The position numbers were made by a program, and so were the translations under genes. Source: Alphaproteobacteria bacterium (lineage in GTDB: Bacteria; Pseudomonadota; Alphaproteobacteria; UBA828). From it: a stretch of DNA of 64,000 bases. Of the stretch, positions 48,646-57,265 are shown in pieces. Positions within the stretch are counted from its first letter, which is position 1; each line of letters starts with the position of its first letter. The stretch lies in NCBI GenBank assembly GCA_963422645.2, contig CAXXVO010000002.1:64001-128000 (forward strand). The letters run 5' to 3'. The notes under the pieces are model-generated. The model did not search any database. It was not told where the DNA came from and was given only the letters and a program-made list of their open reading frames with translations.

Positions 48646-49740
48646 CTATCCGTCCTCGAGATGGAACAAGCCCGCAACGCCGAGCAACGTGAAAATGCCT
48701 GCAGGTGTCCACGCCGCAAGCACCGGCGGCAGCTTGCCGGAAAGGCCAAGAGCGAGCACGAGGTCCGAAATGAAATAGAGGAGAAAGCCCGTAAGCAGTC
48801 CGGCCAGAACCAGCACCCAGGTGCCTCGCCGCGTGAAACGGAGCGAAAAGGTCGCTGCGATCAAGACCATCGCGCAAAGCAGGAGTGGGCCGGAGAGAAG
48901 CGAATGCCAGTGCAGCCGGTGCTTCACCGAAGAGAAGCCGGAATCATCCAACACCCTTATGAAACCGGGCAACGCCCAGAAGGATAGGGTCTCCGGTGGC
49001 GAGAAGCTGTTTTGGATGCGCTCCAGGGTGAGGTCGGTTGGCAGGCGAGCGTTCGCCCGATGTCGGGCCGGCTCGTTCGGCGCGCTGAAGAGCGCATCCC
49101 GCAGGTTCCAGTACCCCTCCTCCAGCCGGGCCTCGGCGGCGTCGATCCGCCCGACGAACTGGTCCTCCTTCGCGTACAGGAATATGATCGTGTCGTAGAG
49201 CGTCATCGTTTCCTGATCGATGCGCTCGGCGTGAACTACCGATTGGCTCTCCGAATCTCCCTGTCTGAGCCAGATGCCGGACTTGGAAAGCTCCATGAGG
49301 CTCGATTTTCCGCGCAAGTATGTCGCGTCCATCTGTTCGAATCGCGACGTCGTGGCCGAGGCGAGCGGATTGACGACCGTCATGAAGAGGCCGCCCAGCA
49401 GCGCCGCGATGACGAGCGCCGGCAGCAGGAATTGCCAGACCGAGACGCCCGCCGCGCGCGCCACCACGAGCTCGCGGCTCCGCGTCATCTTCGCGAAGGT
49501 CACGATACCGCCGACGAGCACGATGAAGGGCAACGCCTTTTGCGCCATGAAGGGGATGTGCAGCGATGCCATTTGGAGAACGGTCTCGATCGTCGCCGTC
49601 TTGTCCGGCCCGGAGGCGCGGCGCAGCAGCTCGATCGTGTCGGCAATGAGAATGGTCAGCATGACGAGCAGGAACACGAGCGCGACGCTCTGCAGGTAGT
49701 GCCTGCCCATATAGAGCGACAGGGTGGATGAGAGACGCAC
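48646..49740 (-). CDS. lptG: LPS export permease LptG
   Basis: ELVVARAAGVSVWQ, IWLRQG, AAWTP. Confidence 0.9.
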   Translation of the reverse strand: MRLSSTLSLYMGRHYLQSVALVFLLVMLTILIADTIELLRRASGPDKTATIETVLQMASLHIPFMAQKALPFIVLVGGIVTFAKMTRSRELVVARAAGVSVWQFLLPALVIAALLGGLFMTVVNPLASATTSRFEQMDATYLRGKSSLMELSKSGIWLRQGDSESQSVVHAERIDQETMTLYDTIIFLYAKEDQFVGRIDAAEARLEEGYWNLRDALFSAPNEPARHRANARLPTDLTLERIQNSFSPPETLSFWALPGFIRVLDDSGFSSVKHRLHWHSLLSGPLLLCAMVLIAATFSLRFTRRGTWVLVLAGLLTGFLLYFISDLVLALGLSGKLPPVLAAWTPAGIFTLLGVAGLFHLEDG

Positions 49741-49752
49741 GTGCCGCGGCTC

Positions 49753-50877
49753 CTACCCGCGCGCGCCCGGCTCAGCCGCCGCACCGCGGCCGCCGAAGAC
49801 GCGCGGCCAGCGATGGCGCATCAGGGCCATCGCCGCGGCAATCATGAGAACCGGGTTGAGATACATGAGCGGGATGAGAGAGCTATTCTTGGCGGTCGCG
49901 TTGACCAGGAAAAGGGCCACGGCCTCGAGCATGACCCCGGCTGCAATGGCCACGAGGATGCGGCGCCACTGTCCACGCCGGTTCACATTGCCGGAGAGCA
50001 GCGCCGCGAGCCCTATGGCGGCAAGCGCATAGCCGAAGAGCGGCGAGACGATGCGATTGTGCGCTTCGGAGAGGAACTTGCCCCGCAGCCGCTCGGCACC
50101 CTCGCTGTTGGGGTTGAGGAGCTCGTCGATGAACCGCTCGCGCGGCTCGCGCGAGCGCGTGCCTCCGCGTTGGACGAAGTCGCTCAAGTCCATCGTGTAG
50201 CGTTCGAAATTGAGCAGCGAGAGTTTTGACGAATCCCGGTCGAACCGCTGTCGGTGGCCGTTGATGAGAATGAAGCGCGGCCCCTCATCGGTCTGCACCA
50301 GGATGCCCTGCTCGGCCATCATCGTAACCGGCCGTTCCTGCTCGCGGGCGTCGTGCACGAGGATGCCGTGGAGCCTGCCGCCCTCGCGCCCGCGAATGTA
50401 AACGGTGACGCCCTCGGTCAGTGTGTTGAAGGTGCCCTCCTCCAGGAGCAGCGCCGAGTGATCGCCGCGCAGGACGAACTGCCGCTCCTTGAACTCCCTG
50501 TGGCTGACGGGCATCACGTACATGATGATCGCGTAGGAGATGACGACGACGATCGTGGCCATCACCAGCGCCGGCTTCGCCAGCGACCATTGACTCACGC
50601 CGGCCGCGCGCAGGCTGACCAGCTCGCTGTCGATCGTGAGCTTGTTGTAGACGAAGAGCAGTGAGCAGAATAATGCGATCGGCAGGATCGCGCTCAGAAA
50701 TGTCGGCAGCACCAGCATGCTCATCAGCAGGAAAGTGCTGAACGACAGACCCTTGTTGACGATCAGGTCGATGATGCGCAGCGACTGCGACAGCCAGACG
50801 ATCGCTGTAAGCCCCAGCGTGACGAGCAGGAAGGGACCAATAAGCTGGCGCAGCAGGTAACGTTGGTAGCGCGGCAT
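49753..50877 (-). CDS. lptF: LPS export permease LptF
   Basis: YLLRQL, DSELVSLRAAGVS, EGTFN. Confidence 0.9.
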   Translation of the reverse strand: MPRYQRYLLRQLIGPFLLVTLGLTAIVWLSQSLRIIDLIVNKGLSFSTFLLMSMLVLPTFLSAILPIALFCSLLFVYNKLTIDSELVSLRAAGVSQWSLAKPALVMATIVVVISYAIIMYVMPVSHREFKERQFVLRGDHSALLLEEGTFNTLTEGVTVYIRGREGGRLHGILVHDAREQERPVTMMAEQGILVQTDEGPRFILINGHRQRFDRDSSKLSLLNFERYTMDLSDFVQRGGTRSREPRERFIDELLNPNSEGAERLRGKFLSEAHNRIVSPLFGYALAAIGLAALLSGNVNRRGQWRRILVAIAAGVMLEAVALFLVNATAKNSSLIPLMYLNPVLMIAAAMALMRHRWPRVFGGRGAAAEPGARG

Positions 50878-50975
50878 GCCTCATTATAGCGGGTCGCGCG
50901 CCGGAACGGGTGAATCCCGGTAGCGGCTCCGATCGAGCGCGCCGCGTCAACTTTGACCGTGCCGAAAATTCTCGA

Positions 50976-52400
50976 CTAGAGCGGCGGGCGGTGACGGCTC
51001 CAATTTGTCGCCGCCTCAAAGGCCGCCGCCGCGCGAAACACGCGGGCATCGTCGTAGGTGCGGCCGACGATCTGCAGGCCGGTGGGGACGCCGGTTCGTG
51101 CAAATCCGGTCGGCACGCTCGCCACCGGGCACTGATTCATCATGTTGAACGGGTAGGTCAGCAGCCAGCCCAGGTGCGGCTCGACAGGCTTGCCGTTGAT
51201 AGTGAAGCCGGGATCCATGTTGGTGTGGTCGGCTTTGACTGCCGGCACCGCGAGCGTCGGGCAGATCATGACGTCATAGCGCTCGAGGATCGGCGCGAGC
51301 TTCTGGTACATCCGGCCCCGCGTTTGGCTGACGCGCTCGTATTCGACGGCGCTGACGCGCTTCCCCTTCTCCACCAGATCGACCACCTTCGGGTCCATCT
51401 CGAAGCGCCATTCGGGGAGAAAGTCCTGAAGCCCGCTGGCGAAGAGGACCTCGAAGAGCCGCAGATACTGGTTCAGCACACCCGAGGTCCAGCCGAGGTC
51501 AACCTCCTCGACCTCGCAGCCGAGCTCGCGGAAGACGTCCACGGCCTTCCGCGTGTTCTCCTGCACCTCCTCGTCGACCTCGACGTAGCCGAGATTCGGC
51601 GAGTAGGCGATGCGCCAGCCCTCGATGCCCTCGCAGGTGAGCGGCAGGCGAACCCGTGTCCTGAGGGAGGCGATGTCCGCCTTGTGGGGGCCCGAGACGA
51701 CATTCTGGAGCAATGCGGATTCGGCCACTGTGCGGGTCAGCACGCCGATCTGCACCAGGAAGGCGTGGGGCGCGGTGGTGTCGTTCGGGTTGCGGCCGTA
51801 GGGCGGCTTGAAGCCAAAGATGCCGTTGACCGATGCCGGGATGCGGATCGACCCGCCGCCGTCGCCGCCGTCCGCGATCGTGGTCATACCAGCGGCCACC
51901 GCGCCGCCGCTGCCGCCGGAGGATCCCCCTGGCGTGTAGTCGCTGTTCCAGGGATTGCGGCTCACGCCCCAGAGCGGGCTGTGACTCGTCCCGGCGTAGC
52001 CGAACTCGGGCGTCGTGGTGCGGATGTGGAGGATCGCGCCAGCGCGCATGAGCCGCTCGGTCACCGGGTAGGTGTGATCGGGGCGGTTGTGCTCCATGAT
52101 CTTGGAGCCGATCGTGGTGATCTCGCCCTTGATCGCGTGATAGTCCTTGCTCGCGAAGGGCAGACCTTCGAGTGTGCGCAGACGCCCGTCGGTCTTGCCG
52201 TAGCGCGCCTCGGCCGCCTTGGCCTGCTCCAGTGCGCGCTCGAAATAGCTGTAGGTGACCAGGTTGAGCGCCGGGTTGACCGCCTCGCAACGGGCGATCA
52301 CCGCCTTCATCAGCTCGACCGGCGACAGCGTGCGCGCCTTGAACGCCGCGAGCGCGTCGAGCGCGCTCATGTAGCAAAGGTCGAGATCGGCGGTGGCCAT
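50976..52400 (-). CDS. Amidase-signature family enzyme
   Basis: SKD, PGGSSGGS, DGGGSIRIPAS. Confidence 0.92.
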   Translation of the reverse strand: MATADLDLCYMSALDALAAFKARTLSPVELMKAVIARCEAVNPALNLVTYSYFERALEQAKAAEARYGKTDGRLRTLEGLPFASKDYHAIKGEITTIGSKIMEHNRPDHTYPVTERLMRAGAILHIRTTTPEFGYAGTSHSPLWGVSRNPWNSDYTPGGSSGGSGGAVAAGMTTIADGGDGGGSIRIPASVNGIFGFKPPYGRNPNDTTAPHAFLVQIGVLTRTVAESALLQNVVSGPHKADIASLRTRVRLPLTCEGIEGWRIAYSPNLGYVEVDEEVQENTRKAVDVFRELGCEVEEVDLGWTSGVLNQYLRLFEVLFASGLQDFLPEWRFEMDPKVVDLVEKGKRVSAVEYERVSQTRGRMYQKLAPILERYDVMICPTLAVPAVKADHTNMDPGFTINGKPVEPHLGWLLTYPFNMMNQCPVASVPTGFARTGVPTGLQIVGRTYDDARVFRAAAAFEAATNWSRHRPPL

Positions 52401-52417
52401 GACGAACGCTCCCCTTC

Positions 52418-53128
52418 CTATTCGTTGCTGAAGGCCTCAAGCTCGTTGAGGTAGGCGACGACGCGCTCGGCCGGCTCGACATCGCCGAACTTGGCGTCGA
52501 TATCGAACAGGTTCCACTCCACAACCCCCGGTACCCGGTCGCCCACGCCTTCCCGAACGACGATGGGGCGGAAGCCTTCGGCGATGGCATCCTCGGCGGA
52601 GTGGCGCACGCAGCCAGCCATGGTGACGCCGGTGATGATCACCGTGTCCACCCGCTGGGCGCGGAGGTAGCCCGCGAGGTAGGTGCCGTGGAACGCGCTC
52701 GCGCGCTTCTTCACGATCACCTGCTCGCCGCGCTCCGGCATCGGCGCGATGCGCTCGTCGATTTGCGCCTCGGTTGAACCTTCCCGCAGGGTCTCGACCG
52801 GAATCTTCATGTGCCAGAGCCCGGTGTCGGCGTGCGGCCCGGTCGGGTCCTGATAGGCCGTCGTCGTGTAGATAACGGGAATGTTCTTTTCGCGTGCGGC
52901 GGCCAGCAGCTGCTGGTTGGTGGGGATGATCACCTCCATGTTGTCGCACGTGAAATTGTGGCCCGGACGGGTCCAGGCATTGGCGAGGTCGATGATCAGG
53001 AGCGCCGGGCGGGTTCCGAACCCGATGCGGCGCTGGAATCCCCGCGTCTGGTAAATCTCCGAATCGGCGGCGAAGATCGTCTCGAGTGCCCGCCTGACTT
53101 CCTCGTCGCGTGTAAGCTCCGCCGTCAT
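52418..53128 (-). CDS. Isochorismatase-family cysteine hydrolase (N-carbamoylsarcosine amidase/NicF-like)
   Basis: LIID, KKRASAF, GCVR catalytic triad. Confidence 0.88.
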   Translation of the reverse strand: MTAELTRDEEVRRALETIFAADSEIYQTRGFQRRIGFGTRPALLIIDLANAWTRPGHNFTCDNMEVIIPTNQQLLAAAREKNIPVIYTTTAYQDPTGPHADTGLWHMKIPVETLREGSTEAQIDERIAPMPERGEQVIVKKRASAFHGTYLAGYLRAQRVDTVIITGVTMAGCVRHSAEDAIAEGFRPIVVREGVGDRVPGVVEWNLFDIDAKFGDVEPAERVVAYLNELEAFSNE

Positions 53129-53232
53129 CCTGAATCCTCCTGCCGTGGACAGGCGTCGAGTGTAGCCGGCGCGCCCACGGGTCGCCAGACGCGCTCACGG
53201 CAACTGTGGTGGAAGTTCCAGGTCGAAGACGG

Positions 53233-53261
53233 TTGACCCTGGCGGTACGCGGCGCCTAAAT
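53233..53261 (+). promoter_or_regulatory. Putative sigma70 promoter of tRNA-Cys
   Basis: TTGACC-17 nt-CTAAAT, about 30 nt upstream of the tRNA. Confidence 0.5.
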
Positions 53262-53289
53262 GAAGTGCGGACGCTGATGTGCGCCCTGG

Positions 53290-53363
53290 GGCCGGGTGGC
53301 AGAATGGCTATGCAGCGGACTGCAAATCCGTGTACGCCGGTTCGATTCCGGCCTCGGCCTCCA
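53290..53363 (+). tRNA. tRNA-Cys (GCA)
   Basis: Acceptor GGCCGGG/CTCGGCC, anticodon loop CTGCAAA, T-arm GCCGG-TTCGATT-CCGGC, U discriminator, encoded CCA; 74 nt. Confidence 0.97.
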
Positions 53364-53520
53364 GCTTCGCTGTGATCTGGCGCTCATACTCCTGCGCCGC
53401 TTCCGCGTGGCGCCATCTTGGGACCGGCAAACGAGGCGGCGACGCATTCGTCGTGGGCGCCCGGCGGGTCTATAGTGGTTGGCGATTGTGATGGTCCGCG
53501 AAAGGCCCCGACCCTCGACG

Positions 53521-54411
53521 ATGAGCATTCCTCTCTACGTCCCGCTCGACGACCGCGGCGTGGTCACCGTGGATGGTCCGGAGGCCGGCCCCTTCCTCCA
53601 GGGGTTGATCTCCAACGATATCGAGCGTGTGTCCGAAGCGCGCTGCATCTACGCCGCGCTGCTGACGCCCCAGGGCAAGTTTCTGCACGATTTCTTCGTG
53701 CTGCGGCAGGGGGATGGCTACCTGCTCGACTGCGAGGGGCCGCGCGTCGGCGACCTTGGGGGACGGCTGGTGGCCTACAGGCTGCGCGCCGATATCCAGC
53801 TCGCCGACGCGACCGAGGATTTTCAGGTCGTGGCGCTCTTCGGCGGCGAGGATCACGGCGGCAAGTTCGGCGTGCCGCCCGGCGAAGGCAGCGCGGCGCC
53901 CTGCGAAGGTGGCACCATCATGCGCGATCCCAGAGCCGCGGCGCTCGGGCTTCGCGCGGTCCTGCCGCGCGACGTGGACCTCGCGTTCCTGGAACAGGCG
54001 GGCTTCGCCCAGGGCCACATCGCCGACTACGAGCGCCACCGCATCGCCCAGGGCGCGCCCGACGGCAGCCGCGACATGGAGGTCGGCAGGGCGACGCTGA
54101 TGGAGTGCGGCTTCGAGACGCTGAACGGCGTCGATTTCGAGAAGGGCTGCTACGTCGGCCAGGAGCTGACGGCACGCACCAAGCATCGCGGCCTCGTGCG
54201 CCGGCGTCTCGCGCCGGTTGCGCTGGAAGGGCCGCTGCCGCCGGCCGGCACGCCGATCATGGCGGGCGAGCGGGAGGTGGGGGAGCTTCGCTCAGGCCTG
54301 GACGATGCCGCGCTGGCGGTCTTGCGCCCGGAGAGGATCGCAGCGGCTGCCGAGGCGGGAGAACCACTCACCGCAGGCGAGGCGCGGGTTATCCCTCCCG
54401 ATCTTCCTTGA
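53521..54411 (+). CDS. ygfZ: Folate-binding Fe-S repair protein
   Basis: FLQGLISND, LLTPQGK, KGCYVGQE signature. Confidence 0.93.
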   Translation: MSIPLYVPLDDRGVVTVDGPEAGPFLQGLISNDIERVSEARCIYAALLTPQGKFLHDFFVLRQGDGYLLDCEGPRVGDLGGRLVAYRLRADIQLADATEDFQVVALFGGEDHGGKFGVPPGEGSAAPCEGGTIMRDPRAAALGLRAVLPRDVDLAFLEQAGFAQGHIADYERHRIAQGAPDGSRDMEVGRATLMECGFETLNGVDFEKGCYVGQELTARTKHRGLVRRRLAPVALEGPLPPAGTPIMAGEREVGELRSGLDDAALAVLRPERIAAAAEAGEPLTAGEARVIPPDLP

Positions 54412-57082
54412 GGGTATCGGCGTTTCCCCCCCGCGCGATGGCGGCCTGGGCTGCGGCGAGGCGCGCCACCGGCACGCGGTAGGGTGAGCACGAGACATAA
54501 TCGAGGCCGACGTCTTCGAAGAAGGCGATGGAATCCGGGTCGCCGCCATGCTCGCCGCAGATGCCGAGCTTGAGGTCGGCGCGGGTTGCCCGGCCTCGCT
54601 CTACGGCAATTCGGACAAGCTCGCCGACACCCTCCGCATCGATGGTGACGAAGGGGTCGCGCGGCAGGACGCCTGCCCGCTCGTAGTCACCGACGAAGCT
54701 CGCCGCGTCGTCGCGCGAGATGCCGAAGGTCGTCTGGGTCAGGTCGTTGGTGCCGAAGCTGAAGAAGGACGCACTCTCGGCGATCTCGCCAGCGCGCAGC
54801 GCCGCGCGCGGCAGCTCGATCATGGTACCGACCGCATAGGCGATCTCCGCGCCGCTTTCCTCCTCCACCGCCTCGTGCACGCGCTCGATGGCGGCCTCGA
54901 GGATGTCGAACTCGCGCCTGGTTGCCGCCAGCGGAATCATGATTTCGAGCTCGACCGGGCGTGTTCCGCCAGCCTCCGCCGCCGCCTCGAAGATGGCGCG
55001 CGCCTGCATCTCGTAGATCTCGGGGTACGAGATGCCGAGGCGGCAGCCGCGATGCCCCAGCATCGGGTTGGTCTCGTGAAGCTGCGCGATGCGCCCGCGC
55101 AGGGCCTCGAAGGTGACCCCGGCTGCCCGGGCGACGCCCGCGATCTCGGCATCGGTACGGGGCAGGAACTCGTGCAACGGGGGGTCGAGCAGGCGGATTG
55201 TCACCGGCAGCCCCGCCATGAGGCGGAAGAGCGCGACGAAATCGCTGCGCTGCGCCGGCAGCAGCTTGGCGAGCGCGGCGCGGCGGCCGTCCACATCCGT
55301 CGCCACGATCATCTCGCGCACCGCGACGATGCGCTCGTCGTCGAAGAACATGTGCTCGGTGCGGCAAAGGCCGATCCCCTCCGCGCCAAAGCGGAGCGCC
55401 GTCTCGGCATCCCCGGTCGTCTCCGCGTTGGCGCGGACGCGCAGGCGCCGCGTGCGGTCCGCCCAGCCCATGAGCGTGGCGAAGTCGTCGGAGAGCGCGG
55501 GCTCGATGGTCGGCACCGCGCCTTCCAGCAGCTCGCCGCTGGTACCGTCGATGGTGACGACATCGCCCGCCGCGATCACCGCGCTCCCGGCCCGGCACTC
55601 CCGCGCCGCCTCGTCGATGCGCAGCTCGCCGGCGCCGGTGATGCAGGGGCGCCCCATGCCGCGGGCGACCACGGCAGCGTGGCTGGTCATGCCGCCCCGG
55701 CTGGTGACGATGCCGCGTGCTGCGTGCATGCCGTGGATGTCCTCCGGGCTGGTCTCGGTGCGGAGCAGAATCACCGCTTCGCCCCGCGCGGCGCGGTCCT
55801 CGGCCTCGTCGGCGTCGAAGACGACCTTGCCGCAGGCGGCACCGGGCGACGCCGGCAGGCCGCGCGCCAGCACCTGGCGCGGCGCTTCGGGGTCGAGTGT
55901 GGGATGGAGAAGCTGCTCGAGCGCCAGCGGGTCCACCCGCGTCAGCGCCTCCGCCTCGCTCACCAGGCCCGCGCCTGCCATGTCGACGGCGATCTTCAGC
56001 GCCGCCTTGGCGGTGCGCTTGCCGGCGCGGGTCTGCAGGATCCAGAGGGTGCCCTGCTGCACCGTGAACTCGACGTCCTGCATGTCGCGGTAATGGCCTT
56101 CGAGCCGGCCGAGCGCCGCCTGGAGCGCGGCGAAGGCCTCGGGCATGGCCCGCTCCATGGAGGGGCCCTCGGTGCCGCTGGCTGTACGCGCGGCCTCGCT
56201 CACTGCGCGGGGCGTGCGGATTCCGGCCACCACGTCCTCGCCTTGGGCGTTGACCAGATACTCGCCGTAGAGTGCCGCATCGCCGGTGGAGGGGTTTCGG
56301 GTGAAGGCGACGCCGGTGGCGCAGTCCCCGCCCATGTTGCCGAAGACCATGGCTTGGACGGTGACCGCCGTGCCCCATTCGGCCGGGATGCCGTGCAGCC
56401 GGCGGTAGGTGACGGCCCGCGCATTCATCCATGAAGCCAGGACCGCGCCGATCGCGCCCTTTAGCTGCTCCCTGGGCGCTTGGGGGAAATCGCTGCCGGT
56501 CTCCTCGCGCACCAGCGCCTTGTAGTCCTCGATCAGGCGGGACCAGTCGCCGGCCTCCATGTCGGTGTCGAGGCGGTAGCCCCTGGCTTCCTTCTCCCGC
56601 TCCAGCAACTCCTCGAAGGCGCGGTGCCCGACGCCGAGGACGACATCGCCGTACATCTGGATCAGGCGGCGGTAGCTGTCGTAGGCGAAACGGGCATCGC
56701 CGCTCGCGCGTGCGAGGCCGTCCGCGGTCGCGTCGTTGAGGCCGAGGTTGAGGACGGTGTCCATCATGCCGGGCATGGACGCGCGGGCGCCGGAGCGGAC
56801 CGAGACCAGCAGCGTGCGGTCCGGGTCGCCGAAGCCTGCGCCTGCGATCCGCTCGATGTGGGCGAGGCCCGCCTCGATCTCGGCATCGAGGCCAGAAGGC
56901 AGCGCGCGGCCCTCGGCGTAGTAGGCGTTGCAGAGCGCGGTGGTGATGGTGAAGCCGGGCGGGACAGGCAGGCCGATGGCGGCCATCTCGGCGAGGTTGG
57001 CGCCCTTGCCGCCGAGCAGCGCGCGCATTCCGGCGTCGCCGTCCGCCTCCCCCCCGCCGAAGCGGTAGACCCACTCGGCCAC
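54389..57082 (-). CDS. ppdK: Pyruvate, phosphate dikinase
   Basis: LGGKGANL, SMPGMMDT, GGMTSHAAVVARG, CRTEHMF, GTNDLTQ, CGEHGG. Confidence 0.97.
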   Translation of the reverse strand: MAEWVYRFGGGEADGDAGMRALLGGKGANLAEMAAIGLPVPPGFTITTALCNAYYAEGRALPSGLDAEIEAGLAHIERIAGAGFGDPDRTLLVSVRSGARASMPGMMDTVLNLGLNDATADGLARASGDARFAYDSYRRLIQMYGDVVLGVGHRAFEELLEREKEARGYRLDTDMEAGDWSRLIEDYKALVREETGSDFPQAPREQLKGAIGAVLASWMNARAVTYRRLHGIPAEWGTAVTVQAMVFGNMGGDCATGVAFTRNPSTGDAALYGEYLVNAQGEDVVAGIRTPRAVSEAARTASGTEGPSMERAMPEAFAALQAALGRLEGHYRDMQDVEFTVQQGTLWILQTRAGKRTAKAALKIAVDMAGAGLVSEAEALTRVDPLALEQLLHPTLDPEAPRQVLARGLPASPGAACGKVVFDADEAEDRAARGEAVILLRTETSPEDIHGMHAARGIVTSRGGMTSHAAVVARGMGRPCITGAGELRIDEAARECRAGSAVIAAGDVVTIDGTSGELLEGAVPTIEPALSDDFATLMGWADRTRRLRVRANAETTGDAETALRFGAEGIGLCRTEHMFFDDERIVAVREMIVATDVDGRRAALAKLLPAQRSDFVALFRLMAGLPVTIRLLDPPLHEFLPRTDAEIAGVARAAGVTFEALRGRIAQLHETNPMLGHRGCRLGISYPEIYEMQARAIFEAAAEAGGTRPVELEIMIPLAATRREFDILEAAIERVHEAVEEESGAEIAYAVGTMIELPRAALRAGEIAESASFFSFGTNDLTQTTFGISRDDAASFVGDYERAGVLPRDPFVTIDAEGVGELVRIAVERGRATRADLKLGICGEHGGDPDSIAFFEDVGLDYVSCSPYRVPVARLAAAQAAIARGGNADTLKEDREG

Positions 57083-57131
57083 GGCCTAGTATCCCGCCTC
57101 GGACACGCACTTCGGGGACGCGATTCTTCTC

Positions 57132-57224
57132 TCGTCATACCGGGACTTGTTCAGGGCATCCACGTTCTTTGTATCGACCGCACAAACAAGCCGTGGATGG
57201 CCGGGACAAGCCCGGCCATGACGA
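57132..57224. repeat. Alphaproteobacterial intergenic palindromic repeat (REP-like)
   Basis: GTCATACCGGGACTTGTTCAGGGCATCCAC...GTGGATGGCCGGGACAAGCCCGGCCATGAC. Confidence 0.75.
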
Positions 57225-57265
57225 ATAGGGAGGATGCCGGAAGCAGTCTGTTTCCGGGCCACGGC

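Noticed and set aside
53290-53363. tRNA-Cys as an integration site
   Set aside because: No integrase and no duplicated tRNA 3' end found in the window.
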